A DNA stretch of 64,000 bases, from contig CM022679.1 of the NCBI GenBank assembly GCA_012295275.1, positions 18,786,001-18,850,000 on the forward strand, written 5' to 3'. The stretch's first letter is position 1; each line of letters starts with the position of its first letter. The position numbers and the translations under genes were made by a program. The stretch is from Chrysomallon squamiferum. Its lineage: Eukaryota; Animalia; Mollusca. Of the stretch, positions 15,785-29,500 are shown one piece after another. The notes under the pieces were generated by a model. That model saw nothing but the letters and a program-made list of their open reading frames with translations, made no database searches and was not told the DNA's origin.

Positions 15785-16752
15785 GACAAGTAAATGGGGA
15801 AGCTATGTTCATCTTTAATCTGTCTTCTGTTTCACACACCGAAAAAGTGTTGAGTGCAGAAGTGCATTTACATAAAAGAAAATCAAAACCGTGGCACAGA
15901 CAGACGATAGACATTTTGTTATTTGAAATAGCACCAGATTACATGAGTGAGATCGATAAAATTACAATGCACTATGGCAGTCATGGGTGGCAGTGGTATT
16001 CAGTTACAAATGCAATACTGAGCTGTATGGCCACAGGTCGATTTCAACCCCATCTTTTTGCCTTGACATTCAAGACAGAGAAAGCTGATAAAAAAGTGAG
16101 GACTGTAGCACTGAAAAAATTCGTACGTCACCATTCACTGCCATTTCTTATTGTGTATTCAAACGAAACAGAAAATGTCAATTTGGACCAACTGGACAAG
16201 TTAGCAGAAAAAATTAAACTTCAGAATATTGCAAAACGTTCCTCTGATATACTCAGAAATTCTTGGGAAAATACTTGGAACAAAAGGATTAACATGGATA
16301 TCATGAAAAATGGGGCACCTTCTTTTCGAATAAAAAGGTCAATTTTTACTAACGAGATTCCAGAAAATGCCGCGGATTATGACAGTTTTCGCTACAGATT
16401 CAACATTCCACAGACACATCCGGGCATTTTACAGGCGAGAAAGGAGTCGAGGACTAAAATATCTGACATACAACTCATTCCGTATCCATCGGAAAAACGA
16501 AACCGGAAACGGAAACATCGACGCCGGAACCGGAAGAAAGGTCGTAAAAATAACAAGCGTCTCGATTTTCCAGATGAATGGGATGACAGACGTGAAAATG
16601 TGGCCACTCTAAATAACAACCCAAATGATTTGTGCGGCAAAAGGAAACTAATCGTTGATTTTGCTGATATTGGCTGGGGAGAGTGGATAATTTCTCCAAA
16701 ATCCTTTGAAGCCCATTTCTGTGCAGGAACTTGTCCATTTCCATTAACAAAG
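15785..16752 (+). CDS. BMP3: BMP3/GDF10-like ligand, coding exon 2 (prodomain, cleavage sites, first half of cystine knot)
   Basis: Acceptor tttgtttttcag|GA completes a Gly codon with exon 1; prodomain motifs FIFNLS...[20 protein letters not shown]; furin site RIKR; mature domain [38 protein letters not shown], where [16 protein letters not shown] is characteristic of BMP3/GDF10; donor AAG|GTAAGC, phase 0. Confidence 0.95.
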
Positions 16753-18084
16753 GTAAGCTCTAAGTTTTTTATTTTGTGATCTTACTAATGGATCAAGAGA
16801 TCAGTGAACAAACAATTGTCAGTAATCTCGGAAGATAATTACTTTTATCTTTTCAGACTATCATGATATCTGTTATATATTATTATTATCTATTTCAGTG
16901 AATTCCTACGACTATAATTCAGTAGGTTCATAACATGATTCCTTACCTTTTTTTAGAATTCTATAACTGAGAAATTTAACATTTATTTATAATATTATCT
17001 ACTGTATGTGTTGCAATCTAAACTGAGAATTTTGTTTTAGAGAAAGACAAGTAATTCCACCTATGAATAGATTATATAATTATTTTAAGATTAAAAAAAG
17101 AAAAGTAATAAAATGCAGATTAACTGCACGATTACAAAATTCTGCTCTTCATAAAATATAAATAATTTGTCAAATGTTCTGATAAAATAATTTCGATTGT
17201 ATATCAAAGTTTTCTATAATAAGTGAAAAATATCAACTGAAATAAAAGTAAGAATAAATTAACTTCATAATTTTGATCATAATTATGGACTTATCTGAAG
17301 TAAAATTTTATGAACCGCCTCATTTATTTGTTTAAGTATTCTGAACATTTTTAACAAAAAAATATCCCATGAAAACATCCAGTGCCATAATTGTGTCTTG
17401 ATATCCTGTTGGTAGTATTCATTTCACTATTTCTATTTGATTAGGATTTATAGAGTCTCAACATTATGAGCTTAACAGTAATTTTTTTTTTTTTTTTTTT
17501 TTTTTTTGGAGTCTTAACATATATTTTTACGAAGTATACAAATAAATAAACATACATACACGTACCCAGACAAAATAATTATAAAGAAAGAAATGAAGAT
17601 TAAAAAAAAATAAAAATAAAATAAAGAATAATCAAAAATATATGTTTTAAAAAGAAATATATATTATAAAACGCGAATCCTCCCTACATACCATACGCTG
17701 ACTTAAGTGTTAAATAGTTTTTGACAAATTGTACACATATTTAAACTTCTTGCTAATGACGTGCCAGAAAGCTATGCGGTATCCGGGACGTATCCAGTGA
17801 CCCGGATGTTTAAGGCTGGATTCGCCCATGATGCTGGCATTAAATGAAAGTTATTATTGTCAATATATCGGAATTTAAAATCTTGAACAAATAATTTAAC
17901 AGCTATTTAATCTCTTCCGAAACCACCTTGGGAAATGTAACAGGTTGCGAGTTTCAAACACATGTCAAACATACCATTAAAGAAAATATATCGTGAAAGT
18001 TGATTACCGATAATTATTAGGTGAAAAAAATCGTATTTTTCGCAATTACCAGAGTTCACCATGTCCGTGCTAGCGCTTGTGTCC

Positions 18085-18640
18085 ATTTGGCATAACCTCT
18101 CTGGTTACCCGTGTGTGTTGTTCGAACCTACATTATCTTGGTGAAAATTACACCTTTTCTGTTCGCTAAGTGCAGGTCTGGATGTTTTCTCTGTCATAAT
18201 TGTTTTTTTTTTTTTTTGTTGCTTTCTTTTTTAATTTTTTCTTTGGTTGTGATTATCTGATTATGGTTTAACAGTTCATAATGGACGATTTCTTGCACAT
18301 TCACCATACTGTAAACATGATCTTCTTTGGAAGCAAGTCCCCTTTCGTCTTCGGTTTGACAATGGCGCTTTTTCTCATCCCCAGTAACAGCTATATTAAG
18401 AAAAGGAAAAAAAAAAAAGAAAAAAGAAAAGAAAGAAAGAAAAAAAGGCACGTGAATCTGATGTGAATGTAATGAATTACAATCACTGAAATGTTTATGC
18501 GATTTTGTTCCTCTGATTCAGGGTGTATGGGACCCATTTTGAAATCTTTGACACTTTCCTTAGCTTTTTCATTTCGCGGATGACTGGACTGGGGAGATTT
18601 GAATCGAGTACCAAAAAACCGGACAGATTACTGGAATAGA
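18085..18640 (-). mobile_element. Decayed mariner (DD34D) transposase relic in BMP3 intron 2
   Basis: Minus strand gives, in the expected order and across frameshifts: KLRKVSKISKWVPYTL (WVPHEL motif, about 18518-18570), FLNIAVTGDEK (first catalytic D), IVHYELLNHNQIIT, then LANRKGVI/HQDN (second D). It is interrupted by A/T-rich runs and deletions. Confidence 0.8.
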
Positions 18641-21590
18641 GCCTTATCTGTAAGAACAAATAGATGAGATGTTCTAGCAGAAAGTATTGATGTGTTTAAA
18701 ATAACACTCAACAAATTTTGTTTTACTGTGAAATACTGATTGCATATTATCACGAAGGCTAACAGTTCACACAAACTGGTGATTCAACTAGAAGGGAAAG
18801 GATTTCTCAGATGTCATTGTAATATATTTTCCTGGCAATTTACCACAATCTAAAAGTTGTGATATTATGAATGTTTTATCTTACAAGCATTATACATATC
18901 AGAAAGCTACACATTTTTTAAAACACACTCTAGTTTCATTAATTTGTTCATTATTGTAATGAATTAATATCAGTACATATTTTATATGCCTTTTCTGCAA
19001 AATTCTATTCTTGCTGCAGAAGTAAATATCTTTTCACTAATACACTTAAATTCTTTTTACAACAAGCTGTTACGATTCTCTGTTAAATCATACTTCAGCT
19101 TCTCGGATATTTTTCCAAAGAGTAAACAGTCATAAACTGGTCCAGTTTCTGTTTTATTTTTCTGTTGAAATATTGCAAACGTGATCGTTTCACAGTTTGT
19201 TATAATATGTCGACAGCAGTAGCTTTTCAATCATAACATTTTAAATAGTCGTTTTTGTGTGATACTTCTTAACCCATTACTGTTGAAACAATAAAATGGA
19301 ATGCATATTAAAAAAATTTTAATACCTATTTTACTATTTTCTTTGTGAAGCTCTTGTTATAAATTATATATAAATGCGTTTGTGTGATTCTATGTTTATC
19401 AACCTTTTGTTGTACCATTATAGTGGAAAGAGAAATGAAAAAACGAAAAATAGAGTGAATGTTGATGTGTAACCTCAGGAGATCTTAATATATGTGCATG
19501 TAAAAATTAGAATGGGATGCTATTTAAACTTTATGTTAAAGTAGGAAAAATTGTCCTTATTCATAAATAAAAAGATGTAGATATAAACGATAACAATACA
19601 CATGAATATAAAGAGAAATTGTCTGAATACAAGTATTAATAATAGAACTGAGAGTAATGACAAAGCTTGCGATTATATTGATATATTAAATGACGGAGAA
19701 CTAACCTTGCGTTTTCACACAACACTTGAGAATCATAGTACATTAAAGAGTACACTGTATGCATATACTTATATATATAGTTATTTTTAGAATCTTAATG
19801 GAATAAGACGAAAAGAAGGAATACAAAAAAATAATGTATCGTCTCTGTTATGCTGTTTCCAATATTTGTGACTTTAGTTTTAACTTTCAAACACACACAT
19901 ACTGAGAAAAAGAACTGTCTTGAAGCAGTCACCACTCTCGGGTTTAACTCTGTTTGATCTCGGACATGACAGCGTCACGAGGTCTACCCACAACAATGAC
20001 TCGTGTGCCAGACCAACAAGCAGACTCCGCATTGTACAAACAAGACACCGACACAGCGCTTTACACGTCCTCAGTTTACCTTTCCAGTTTGCTTCACCGA
20101 GCGAGCAGCGCGGGTGGCGCCCGACAACAGTTAACATCTATTATCTGATGTAGATTTTCACATAAGGCTTTTGTTTTCCTTTTAGGAACTCAGGGTCAGC
20201 CAGCAACAAAAGAGGGCAACTATGTAAAAACTTAATGGGGAGGACTTATTCATATTTCTATTCCTTTTTTGATTTTCGATATCTGTAAAGACGATATTAT
20301 TGCTCAACCTAGAATAAAATTCGTTACCATTTACTAGGCCTTTTTTCTTTCTTTTCTTTTTTAAAACATCGCTAACCATTCACCATTCTTTTCTTTTTTT
20401 CTTTTTTTTTAATTAATAAAACAAACAAACAAACAAACAAACAAAAACAAGATAGAAAATGACAAAACCCAACAACAAACAAACATCAAGTACAGAATAA
20501 ACGGGTTATATCTATGGGTCATTGGTTTACACAGCGAATTTAGTTGTAAATGCTTATTAAACAGTAGTCAGAACTTAGCATAAGCTAATAATTAGTAATC
20601 GAAAATCATTAAACTGATCAGAGCAATTCTATCTGTCCTTGATCAGTAGCGATTTTATAGAGTTGTTTTTTCTTCAGCGGTGTAATGTATTCTGCTGTGA
20701 CTGATAGCTTGTCTCTAACATAGAATGCTGAGAGCTTTCTTTTTCAAGACTTGTGAAATATGTGTTGATTTTCCTTTACTCCTAATGACAAAACATATTC
20801 ACAGTTCAGACGCTTCAGAGAAATAATTAAATAGACCGCACGAAAGTTAATGGGTTTTAATGCTCTATTAAATTACGTTGTTTGATGGTTTTTATATATT
20901 TTTTTAAATTGTTTTTATTTTTTAAATTTTTTATAGAACTAAAATCTGCTTCAACATAATATGAAATGTAAACTTTAAAAAAAAAACAGTATTCACCAAC
21001 AGATTTTATTTCAGTGACATGGACATGTGTAATTGAGCGAGTGTGCAAAAACGCATGCTTGCATACATAGACACTCAGACATATATATATATTTGTATAT
21101 GAAAATAGAAAATAAACACACATATATCTGTTAATGTATTCAAATCCAACACAATTATATTCATATGAGATTTCATTTATGCACATACTCTTGCATTTAA
21201 ATATGTATGTTTGTGTGTAAATTTGTGTGGCTGTGTGTCCGTATTCAAAAGGAGGAGAGTGATTTTATCTGGTAATTGTGTTATGATGTCGAAATGACGT
21301 CGAAACAGAATTAAAAATTTTTTTGCTTTCAGCGAGCGGTACTGATAATAGCAGATAGTAGCTTAGACAACTGTGCCTGGTTATTTGCTTCATTTAGCAG
21401 ATGTACGTACATTAAATGTAAAGTGGTTTAACAAAAGTAACTGAAAGTTTGTCTGCTGCAGTTACATATGTCCTGCTGTAATATTATAATAATATATATA
21501 TATTTTTTAAAGAAAGAAAAAAATGAAAGAAAATCTCTTTCATTTAATTGAAATTCTGATAATTATTTTTAAATTCTTGTAATTTTTCAG

Positions 21591-21782
21591 AGACTTCGAC
21601 CGTCGAATCACGCGACAATTCAGAGCATCGTTCATGCCATCGGCATCTACTCTAGTGTACCAGCACCGTGCTGCATCCCTGATGTCATGTCATCAGTGAC
21701 GTTGCTCTACTTCGACGAAGATAGAAATATCGTCCTCAAAAATTATCCAGGAATGACGGTGCAGTCTTGTGGATGCCGCTGA
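21591..21782 (+). CDS. BMP3: BMP3/GDF10-like ligand, coding exon 3 (C-terminal cystine knot; absent from the ORF track)
   Basis: Acceptor aatttttcag|AGA; manual translation [63 protein letters not shown], with the BMP3/GDF10 signature [11 protein letters not shown]. Spliced CDS is 310+968+192=1470 nt, 489 aa, with all 7 knot-domain cysteines. Confidence 0.96.
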   Translation, partial: RLRPSNHATIQSIVHAIGIYSSVPAPCCIPDVMSSVTLLYFDEDRNIVLKNYPGMTVQSCGCR

Positions 21783-22737
21783 GAAACAAGTTAGAAAAAT
21801 GTTTAACTTTACAAGGCTATTAAACGTGCCAAAAGGTTTCTCGGAACACTGTCCTTCAACACGAAATGGAGAACAATATAAAACATTTTAAGATTCGGTG
21901 CATTTCATTGTGTTTCCTAAGAATAAAACTGGCAATTTGCAGTTTGCAGATAGTATGAAAAATATGCAGTAAAAGTAAAAAAAAAGTGGGACTTTTTCTT
22001 TTTTTCTTTTCTTTTTTCTTTTCTTTTTTCTTTCTTTCTTTTTCTTTATTTTTTATTTTTTATTTTTGTTGTTGTTGAGGGGAACAAGGTGAGCAGTCAC
22101 GGTAATGGCATGTTGGTTGTTAACTTGACATTTTATTTAGAGGTTTGTATTTATTAATGTACATTTTGTTAAAACAACCACTATATATCTATATATATAT
22201 GACGGGGTTTGGCCTCTCGAGCAACACTCTTTAATGAAACCTCTCGCTAGATAGAACGTTTATTAATCCTAATAGAGATGTAGACGGTTAAATCTGATCT
22301 GATCAGTCAGTCACTTGCTACATTATAAAGAAAAAAAATCAAAAATCAACATTTATAATGTTATTTTACTCAGGCATATGATGAAAATAAATACGGTTTT
22401 AATAGTTTATTAAACAGTTTTGATTAACATGATTTAGCTAGTATATACCTCATTATGCTTTTACAATACGGCATAATTAACATGATAAACACTTTTACCA
22501 ACATTATTATAAACATTAAAAGTTCAACGATTAATTTTGTTTTCTGATGTAAGCTGTATATTACTTGCATTATGACATAATTGTATTATGTGTGTGTCAA
22601 ATGAACTTGTATTGTATACCACAACCACGTGACATAGTTGTTTTGTCGGCACAAAATGGCAAATTGGCTATAAACAAAATGACATCCAATCTGTTTAACT
22701 TGTAAATATATTAATCCGCGTGTGCGGTTTGATACGG

Positions 22738-22842
22738 GTGTTGTTTGTCTGTGTGTTGTTTGTCTGTATGTTGTTTGTCTGTGTGTTGTTTGTCTGTGTG
22801 TTGTTTGTCTGGGTGTTGTTTGTCTGTGTGTTGTTTGTCTGT
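22738..22842. repeat. 15-bp minisatellite, 7 copies of GTGTTGTTTGTCTGT
   Basis: Seven contiguous units counted; two carry a single substitution. Confidence 0.95.
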
Positions 22843-23407
22843 GTTGCAGATCTACCTCTATTCAGTAAGGTCATTTTTTTTCTTGCTCAGTTTAATATGT
22901 TTTAGTACACATATTTTACTATATCAAAATAATAAGAAGAAAGATTAATGGGGCGGAAAAGGATAGTCAAATTTACATTTTCAGTAATTAGTAATAATGT
23001 GTCATTAATTTATATTAATTTTATTTTATTTATTTATTTACTTACTTACTTACTTACTTACTTACATATTTGTTTGTTTTTTATTTATTTATTTATTTAT
23101 TTATTTATAACCAAATTTGATAAATGAAAGATTCACTTGTACATTAATGTAATTGCTTTATATTTGCAAATATATCAGTGAAAAGAAATAAAAGAGGTGG
23201 AAAAATTATATATTAACTAAATAAATCAATAAATCAATAAATAAATAAAATGAAATATACTTTACCAAACAGATTCGATTTGCACAATTTATTTCCCGCG
23301 ATGTCAAAATTAGAGTTCACAGATAATATTTATATTCTTGGAGATTTTCGTTTTATTTTATTAATATAAGCAAAATTTTATTAATAACAATAATGATAAT
23401 AATGATA

Positions 23408-23447
<40 letters not shown>

Positions 23448-23464
23448 GAATAATAATAATAAAC

Positions 23465-23503
<39 letters not shown>

Positions 23504-26338
23504 GATGATGATGATAATGAAGACTATTATTATTAATGTCGTTTTTCTTGTTGTTGTTGTTGTTGTCGTTTTACTTCTTTCTTTCTTTCTTCTTTTCTTG
23601 TATTTTTTTCTTGTACTTTTTTTTTAAGTTTGAATACTTGTCTGCAGCTTCCGTTTTCAAAATTGTTAGTACAGATGCACTTTGAACTATAACCCGGAAG
23701 CAGGTAATTTAGTGCTAGATAACTATTTCATTAATTTGAATAGACTTGGAGATTTTTTTTTTACAAGGTAATCTGATTATAACATTTAAATTTAATTTTC
23801 TACATAGTTCTTCACTATTCTCTTTACGCTAGTTTTGATTTCCTGTCATTTTGTCATTATATGCGATTAAACTTTATTACATGGAAATTAAAATGGCATA
23901 ATAGATTATAAACATATAAAAATAATATTTCTAATATTTTGTATGATCAAAATGTTGTTGAAAATGTCGAGAAATTTTAAACTCACAGTGGTAATATTGT
24001 TTCTCTATTGTGAAAACTAAAATACTGAAAGTGATTAAAACCCGTAGTTACAAGATATTCAGCAATAATGTAGAGAAGTTGTAAGCAGGATAATGCTATT
24101 AAAATATAATTTTCAGCTATCTGAACATTTAGAAAGAGAGAATAAATAAATATAAATGTTTAAATTTACTTTCGTATTGTTTTAATTCAGGTGTTCTGAA
24201 AATTTTTATTTATATTAAAAAAAAAAATAATAATAATATAAAAAAAACCCTCTTCAGCAAAATGTTGTTAATTTTAACCTTTTATATGTATGTATATATA
24301 TCATGTATTTTTCACGTTTCCTGACAGGTATACTAAATGCACTAAAACAAAGGTTTCATATTTTAATATGTTAATTTAGTGTATTAAACTGTGGATTAAG
24401 ACGTGTAGTGTAAATGTGAATTTACGTTTTTAGAATAAAGTATTTACAAATACAGAAGCACTTTCAGAAATCTATTTCTTACACTTACGAGACTGTATTG
24501 ACATATATTAATATCGATTGTGAATTATACTGTAATTCCTAAACAACAAAATGTCTTAATCTTTCTCAACTGCAAACGCACAAACACAAAAATAGCAGCT
24601 ACTCAAATATTGATATTATAGTTATCTTCAGAAGTTAAGGTTTTAAAATATTTATTATCTTTCATTGAATCAGTTTAATTTGCAGCTTCTCCAAAATATT
24701 TCTTAAATTTTCTCTTTACATTAGTGAAAGTATCTGAAAGTGCTTCTGATTACATTCGATCGGTTAAAAGAGTTTCAGGACTTTGTTTATATAAAAAAGT
24801 AAGTGTTCATCAAAATACCCGTGTTTTATATCTAGTCTTCCGGTTCCATTATAAATTTGAATGTTCTGCTTTATAAGAATAGATGAACACGGCGTTTGCC
24901 TTGCTATTTCTAAAGATATTTATTTTCATTGACTGATTACATCTGCACAATTCTCTGATTTGTCATTATTATATAATTACTTTAAAGTCATGATGTACTA
25001 GTATTCAAAATTAATGGAAAATAAACTATTTTAACGAATGGACACGTGAAGTTTTAAAATCTTAAAGTAACGAAACAAGTTCCAAACAAACAAACTGATT
25101 AAAAGTATTATCTTATGACGGGTTACATGTTCACATCGGCGAATACCCTCTACATAAACGGTAGGAGACTCTACTAAACTGTAATATTATTTTCTACGCT
25201 AGTATTTCTATTTTGAGGCCTCAACAGTCTTCTTGTTTAAGCTTAACATCGTTCTTTTCTCTTTCCTTTTATGTTTAGTAAATGCGCTGGATTGGCTTAT
25301 ATGAAAAATTAATGAAATACCCTTTCTGAATAAATGTATTAGTGTGTTTATGTTGTGAATTTTGTTATACCTAGTCGACATCAAAGTAGAATGTCTAACA
25401 TATTTGTCCTGTAAGCCTTTGTGTGGGTTGGCAAAATGTTTATATATATATATATTGTTGGAATTAGATTTTAATATTACCATTACAGTCATTTTTTTGG
25501 ATGATCACCAATGTACATTTCACTGTTATATGATTAAATAGTGTACATATACTTTTCTTGTTTGTTTTGTTATTCTTAAATCATATATGGAACTTATTTA
25601 TTTATTTATTATGAATATATATTAACTGTTTAGTAACATAGTGAATTAATGGTATTTTTACAATACTGATAATAACAGGTCTATCTACAGCTTTATGTAG
25701 TAACTACAAAAAGAAATTAGATTAAATATAAATGAATAGCAACTTTTATTATTTTCTCTTTTTCAGTTTTTTTATTATTTTTTTCTTTATTGCAATAATA
25801 ATCAAAAAAAGGTCATAATAATAATAAAATTAATAATGTCTGATAACTTTTTCTTTAAATACCGTGTGTTATAGTTGTAAAAAAAATAAATAATATATTA
25901 TGTTAACGTAATGTATGCAGTATCTACATCATTTTTCATTTATAGAAAGTATAATTCACGTGATAAATACTTTTCCCTGAAAATATGTAACAGGATTTAA
26001 AAAACTGTTTTTGTTCGTAATTTAAGCTATGTGCTACTTGTACAGGCTCCTTATTTGATTCTTTCTGCCGAAAATGTTTTCTGATAAACAAAGCTATTTT
26101 AAAACAAGTCAGTAAAGAAAATAATAATATAAAAAAATAAATAAACACAGTAGATACTAATAACATTATTTACAAATAATTTACTTAATCTATCACGTAT
26201 ATTTATAAAATATTATTATGTCATGAAATAATGTCAGCATCAGTTAAAGCGTATTTCCAATGTTTAACAGATCACAAATAAAACATTGAATTGGAATATA
26301 TATATTTATATTTATATATATATGATTCCAAGTATATA

Positions 26339-26549
26339 CTGGGTTGAGGAATAAGTCATTGTGGTTAAATTAAATTTAATCCTTACATAGAAGAAAACTT
26401 AAGCTTAAGTGGTAACAAGATGCAATTTAATCAATAATGTATTCTCTGTTGTTATTTACCACTTCTTCCCCACGGTCAACAAGTTTTTCGATGTCTCTGC
26501 AATAAATTTGAATCAGTTATGAACCACAATGGCTTATTCCTCAGCCCAA
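26339..26549 (-). mobile_element. 211-bp non-autonomous mariner deletion derivative (MITE-like)
   Basis: 28-bp TIRs: CTGGGTTGAGGAATAAGTCATTGTGGTT (26339-26366) versus the reverse complement of 26522-26549, TTGGGCTGAGGAATAAGCCATTGTGGTT (3 mismatches); TA on both flanks. The interior encodes a mariner transposase C-terminus, YCRDIEKLVDR/EEVVNNNREYIID*. Confidence 0.9.
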
Positions 26550-29500
26550 TATATACCAACGCCTTCTCTTGAAATACGGTGTTATTAAGCAGTTGTTTGT
26601 GTCTTTCTTTGTTTTCTGTGGAGTTTGATGTTGTTGGTTTTTTGGTTTTCTTTTTCTTCCACTTTCTCTATCTGTATCATACGAATTTACATCAGAATAA
26701 AACTCCTCTATTAATTCACCAAATTTTATTACCTTTCTGCGTTTTATTTATTTATTGCTTTAACAGCCTTAGTGAAATGTGAGAGAAATGACAGCTGTAA
26801 CGACGTTTATTTTACACGTTTTTGTGACGTACACACACTAGCCAAGTTGTTTAATCTGTTTTTTACATTAAATAATGATTTCGTTAAGTACTTTGATTTT
26901 ACTCTATGTATCCATTATCAAAATACAGTTCACCTTTAACACACTTAATAATGATTATGTATTTGTGATAATCCCTCTTAATAACAACACTGGCACTTTT
27001 TTATGCGCCATTCCACAGACAGAATATTATATACTACGGCTTCGTATTATACCAACAATGGAGAGCTGGCTGGAACGAGAAATTCCATGAAAGAGTACTG
27101 ACACAAGAAAACACTGCAACTTTGAACAATTGCCGACTCGCTTATTTAACTCCTAATTCATTAATGTTCATATGTATAACATTTCATGTGAATTAATTTG
27201 ACTGGAGATGGTATTGAAACGCATGTTTGAATCTAAACTATAGCAAAGGCAGATACATAACTTAGTAAGATCATAATGTGCTGTGCAGCACAAACATATA
27301 CTATCTGGACATTTGTGAACGTTTGAGTAGGCAGACATAAATTAATTTACCACCAATAAATTGTCTAATTTAAAGTAATGTTTTCCACTAAAATCTTTTA
27401 TAATTCTTTTAAGATGCGTTTTAAATGAACTCGCTCAATTATATTCAGTGTATGATAAGCATAAATATAATTCCCATTTGAACTAATGATATTTTAATCC
27501 CAAATGAAATGTCTTAGATCAAGTAGGCGGACCACTCCTAAACATAATAGAAAATAAAAAATCGTTAGCCTTCAGACGACAAAATAAATATTTTTACCGA
27601 TAAAAAAAAAAAAAAAAAAAAAAAAAAACAAAAAATAAATAAATAAATAAATAAATATATATATATATATATATGTATGTATTTAAATGATGTGCCTGTT
27701 GCTAGTTAGACTGTTGCTGCAATACATAAAGCCTTAATACTAGATGAATTAAATGGCAGGCCATAAAAACAAAATTTTCAGTTCGTTTGCTTTTGCGATC
27801 ATACGGAAAAACAGATGACAGGTTCGGTTCTGGTCAGCAGTAAATCAGAAATCGTTATGGATCACTGAATGCTTATGAAGTGTATAGTTTACTGTGATGA
27901 ATTCCAGTCTGAGGAAAGGTCACACTGGACGCGTGCCTTAATTCTTTTGTCTGGAACTAATTTCATGAATGTCTGCTTTCTGACACGTTGAGAACAGTTA
28001 TTTGGCTTCTAACAAGTACTGGTACTTCATGATTTGTTTGTATCAACACAAATATTTTTAACTTGAAGATTTATTTGTAACACTTCTGATATGTATATTA
28101 TAATAGTGACTTGAACCTTAGATTCAGTGCATTGATGTAAATACTAACTTACTTCTGATAAAGGATTCATTATTTGTAATTTCTTCCTTACGTGCGAGAA
28201 AAATATACGTGTTGATATCTTTTTCAGTTTAATAACAAATAAGAAATTAATGTAAATACCGATCCAAACATTAGTTCTCAGTAACAAACAGAATATAATT
28301 ACCTATTTGCATTTTCTTGTATATGTCTCTCTCATAAAGAAATAACAGTATGTCAAGAAACGTTTTGAAATATATATATATAAATTCAGCTGAAGTAAAT
28401 CTGTAGTATAATGTTAATTACACTGATACACAGGTGTCTAATTTGTAAATATAATGAATATTCCGGCTTAGCTTTAATTAATTCCTGTGATAGTCATGGA
28501 AATAATGCGGAAAGTCAAAACAAGATTTTATAGATGGCAAAATGTACACCAAGAAAACCATCATGTGACTGGAACATTCCAACCTTAGAGCTTTATCTAT
28601 TTCAGTGACTCGTTGAGAAAAGACCAGAAACTGCTGCTCCGGAACCAACAAGGTGAACAACCAAAAAAATATCGTACCACATTGAAACAGCAAATCAAGA
28701 TAATAAATCTGTCAGCATCATTTGTCTATCTGAGGCTTATCTGTCTACTGGGATTCTATGTAGGTACAACAGTCGTATCGGTCACATTCTGAAAAATAAA
28801 GGTAAATGTTTGCTAATAAAATATAAATAATAATTGAATAATTTTGATTATCTAAAAAAAAGGGATAAACTAGATATTATGCTTATTTCATTTAATTATA
28901 ATTACTTTTGCAAAACCGTAATGTTTTTTAAATTTATTTATAGCCATTGTAAAACCTTTCTTAAAATATATACGATCACATAATATCTTGATCTAGTTAG
29001 TTATTTTATTTATTTTGGGTTCTTCATCATCTTATTCCAATCTTCAGACAAACAAAACAATTAAACAAAAATATTGAAAACGAAAACTAGTGAGACCATA
29101 TAAACAATGTAATGAAGAAAGAATTTGATTTATCTTGGGTTTAGTTGTATATTGCTGAGTGCTTTCTAGTAGAAATCTGTTTTCTCTGCATTTCTGATAT
29201 TTTGAAAGCTGTTGAACTGGCAGGTGTATTTTCAACGTATGTCAGTTTATGCTTGATGTTTTAGTCGCTTACTACTATACTAGTTTTGTCAAGCAAGTTA
29301 ATATGTAAAGAAATGAATTCACACAAACATTTTATGGTATTTTTATTTTCCACATGGAGACATCCCTTTTTTGAGATAAACTGGGAGTCATTTCGAATGT
29401 TAGAACATAACAATGGTTTATTGGATAAAGTAGCTCGAATTGCGGCCTCAGACTATTGAACTTTTATTTTATGCATGTTTTATTAAGAAGGGACCATGCA

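Noticed and set aside
16367-16750. Alternative-frame and antisense ORFs over BMP3 exon 2
   Set aside because: Shadows of the real coding exon.
19880-20153. Three overlapping ORFs in BMP3 intron 2, considered as a cassette exon
   Set aside because: Exons 2 and 3 already join into a complete cystine knot; the open frames are explained by local GC richness.
22720-22948. Cys-rich repeat ORFs and a CRISPR-like appearance
   Set aside because: A contiguous 15-bp tandem repeat without spacers in a eukaryotic context; the ORFs are repeat translations.
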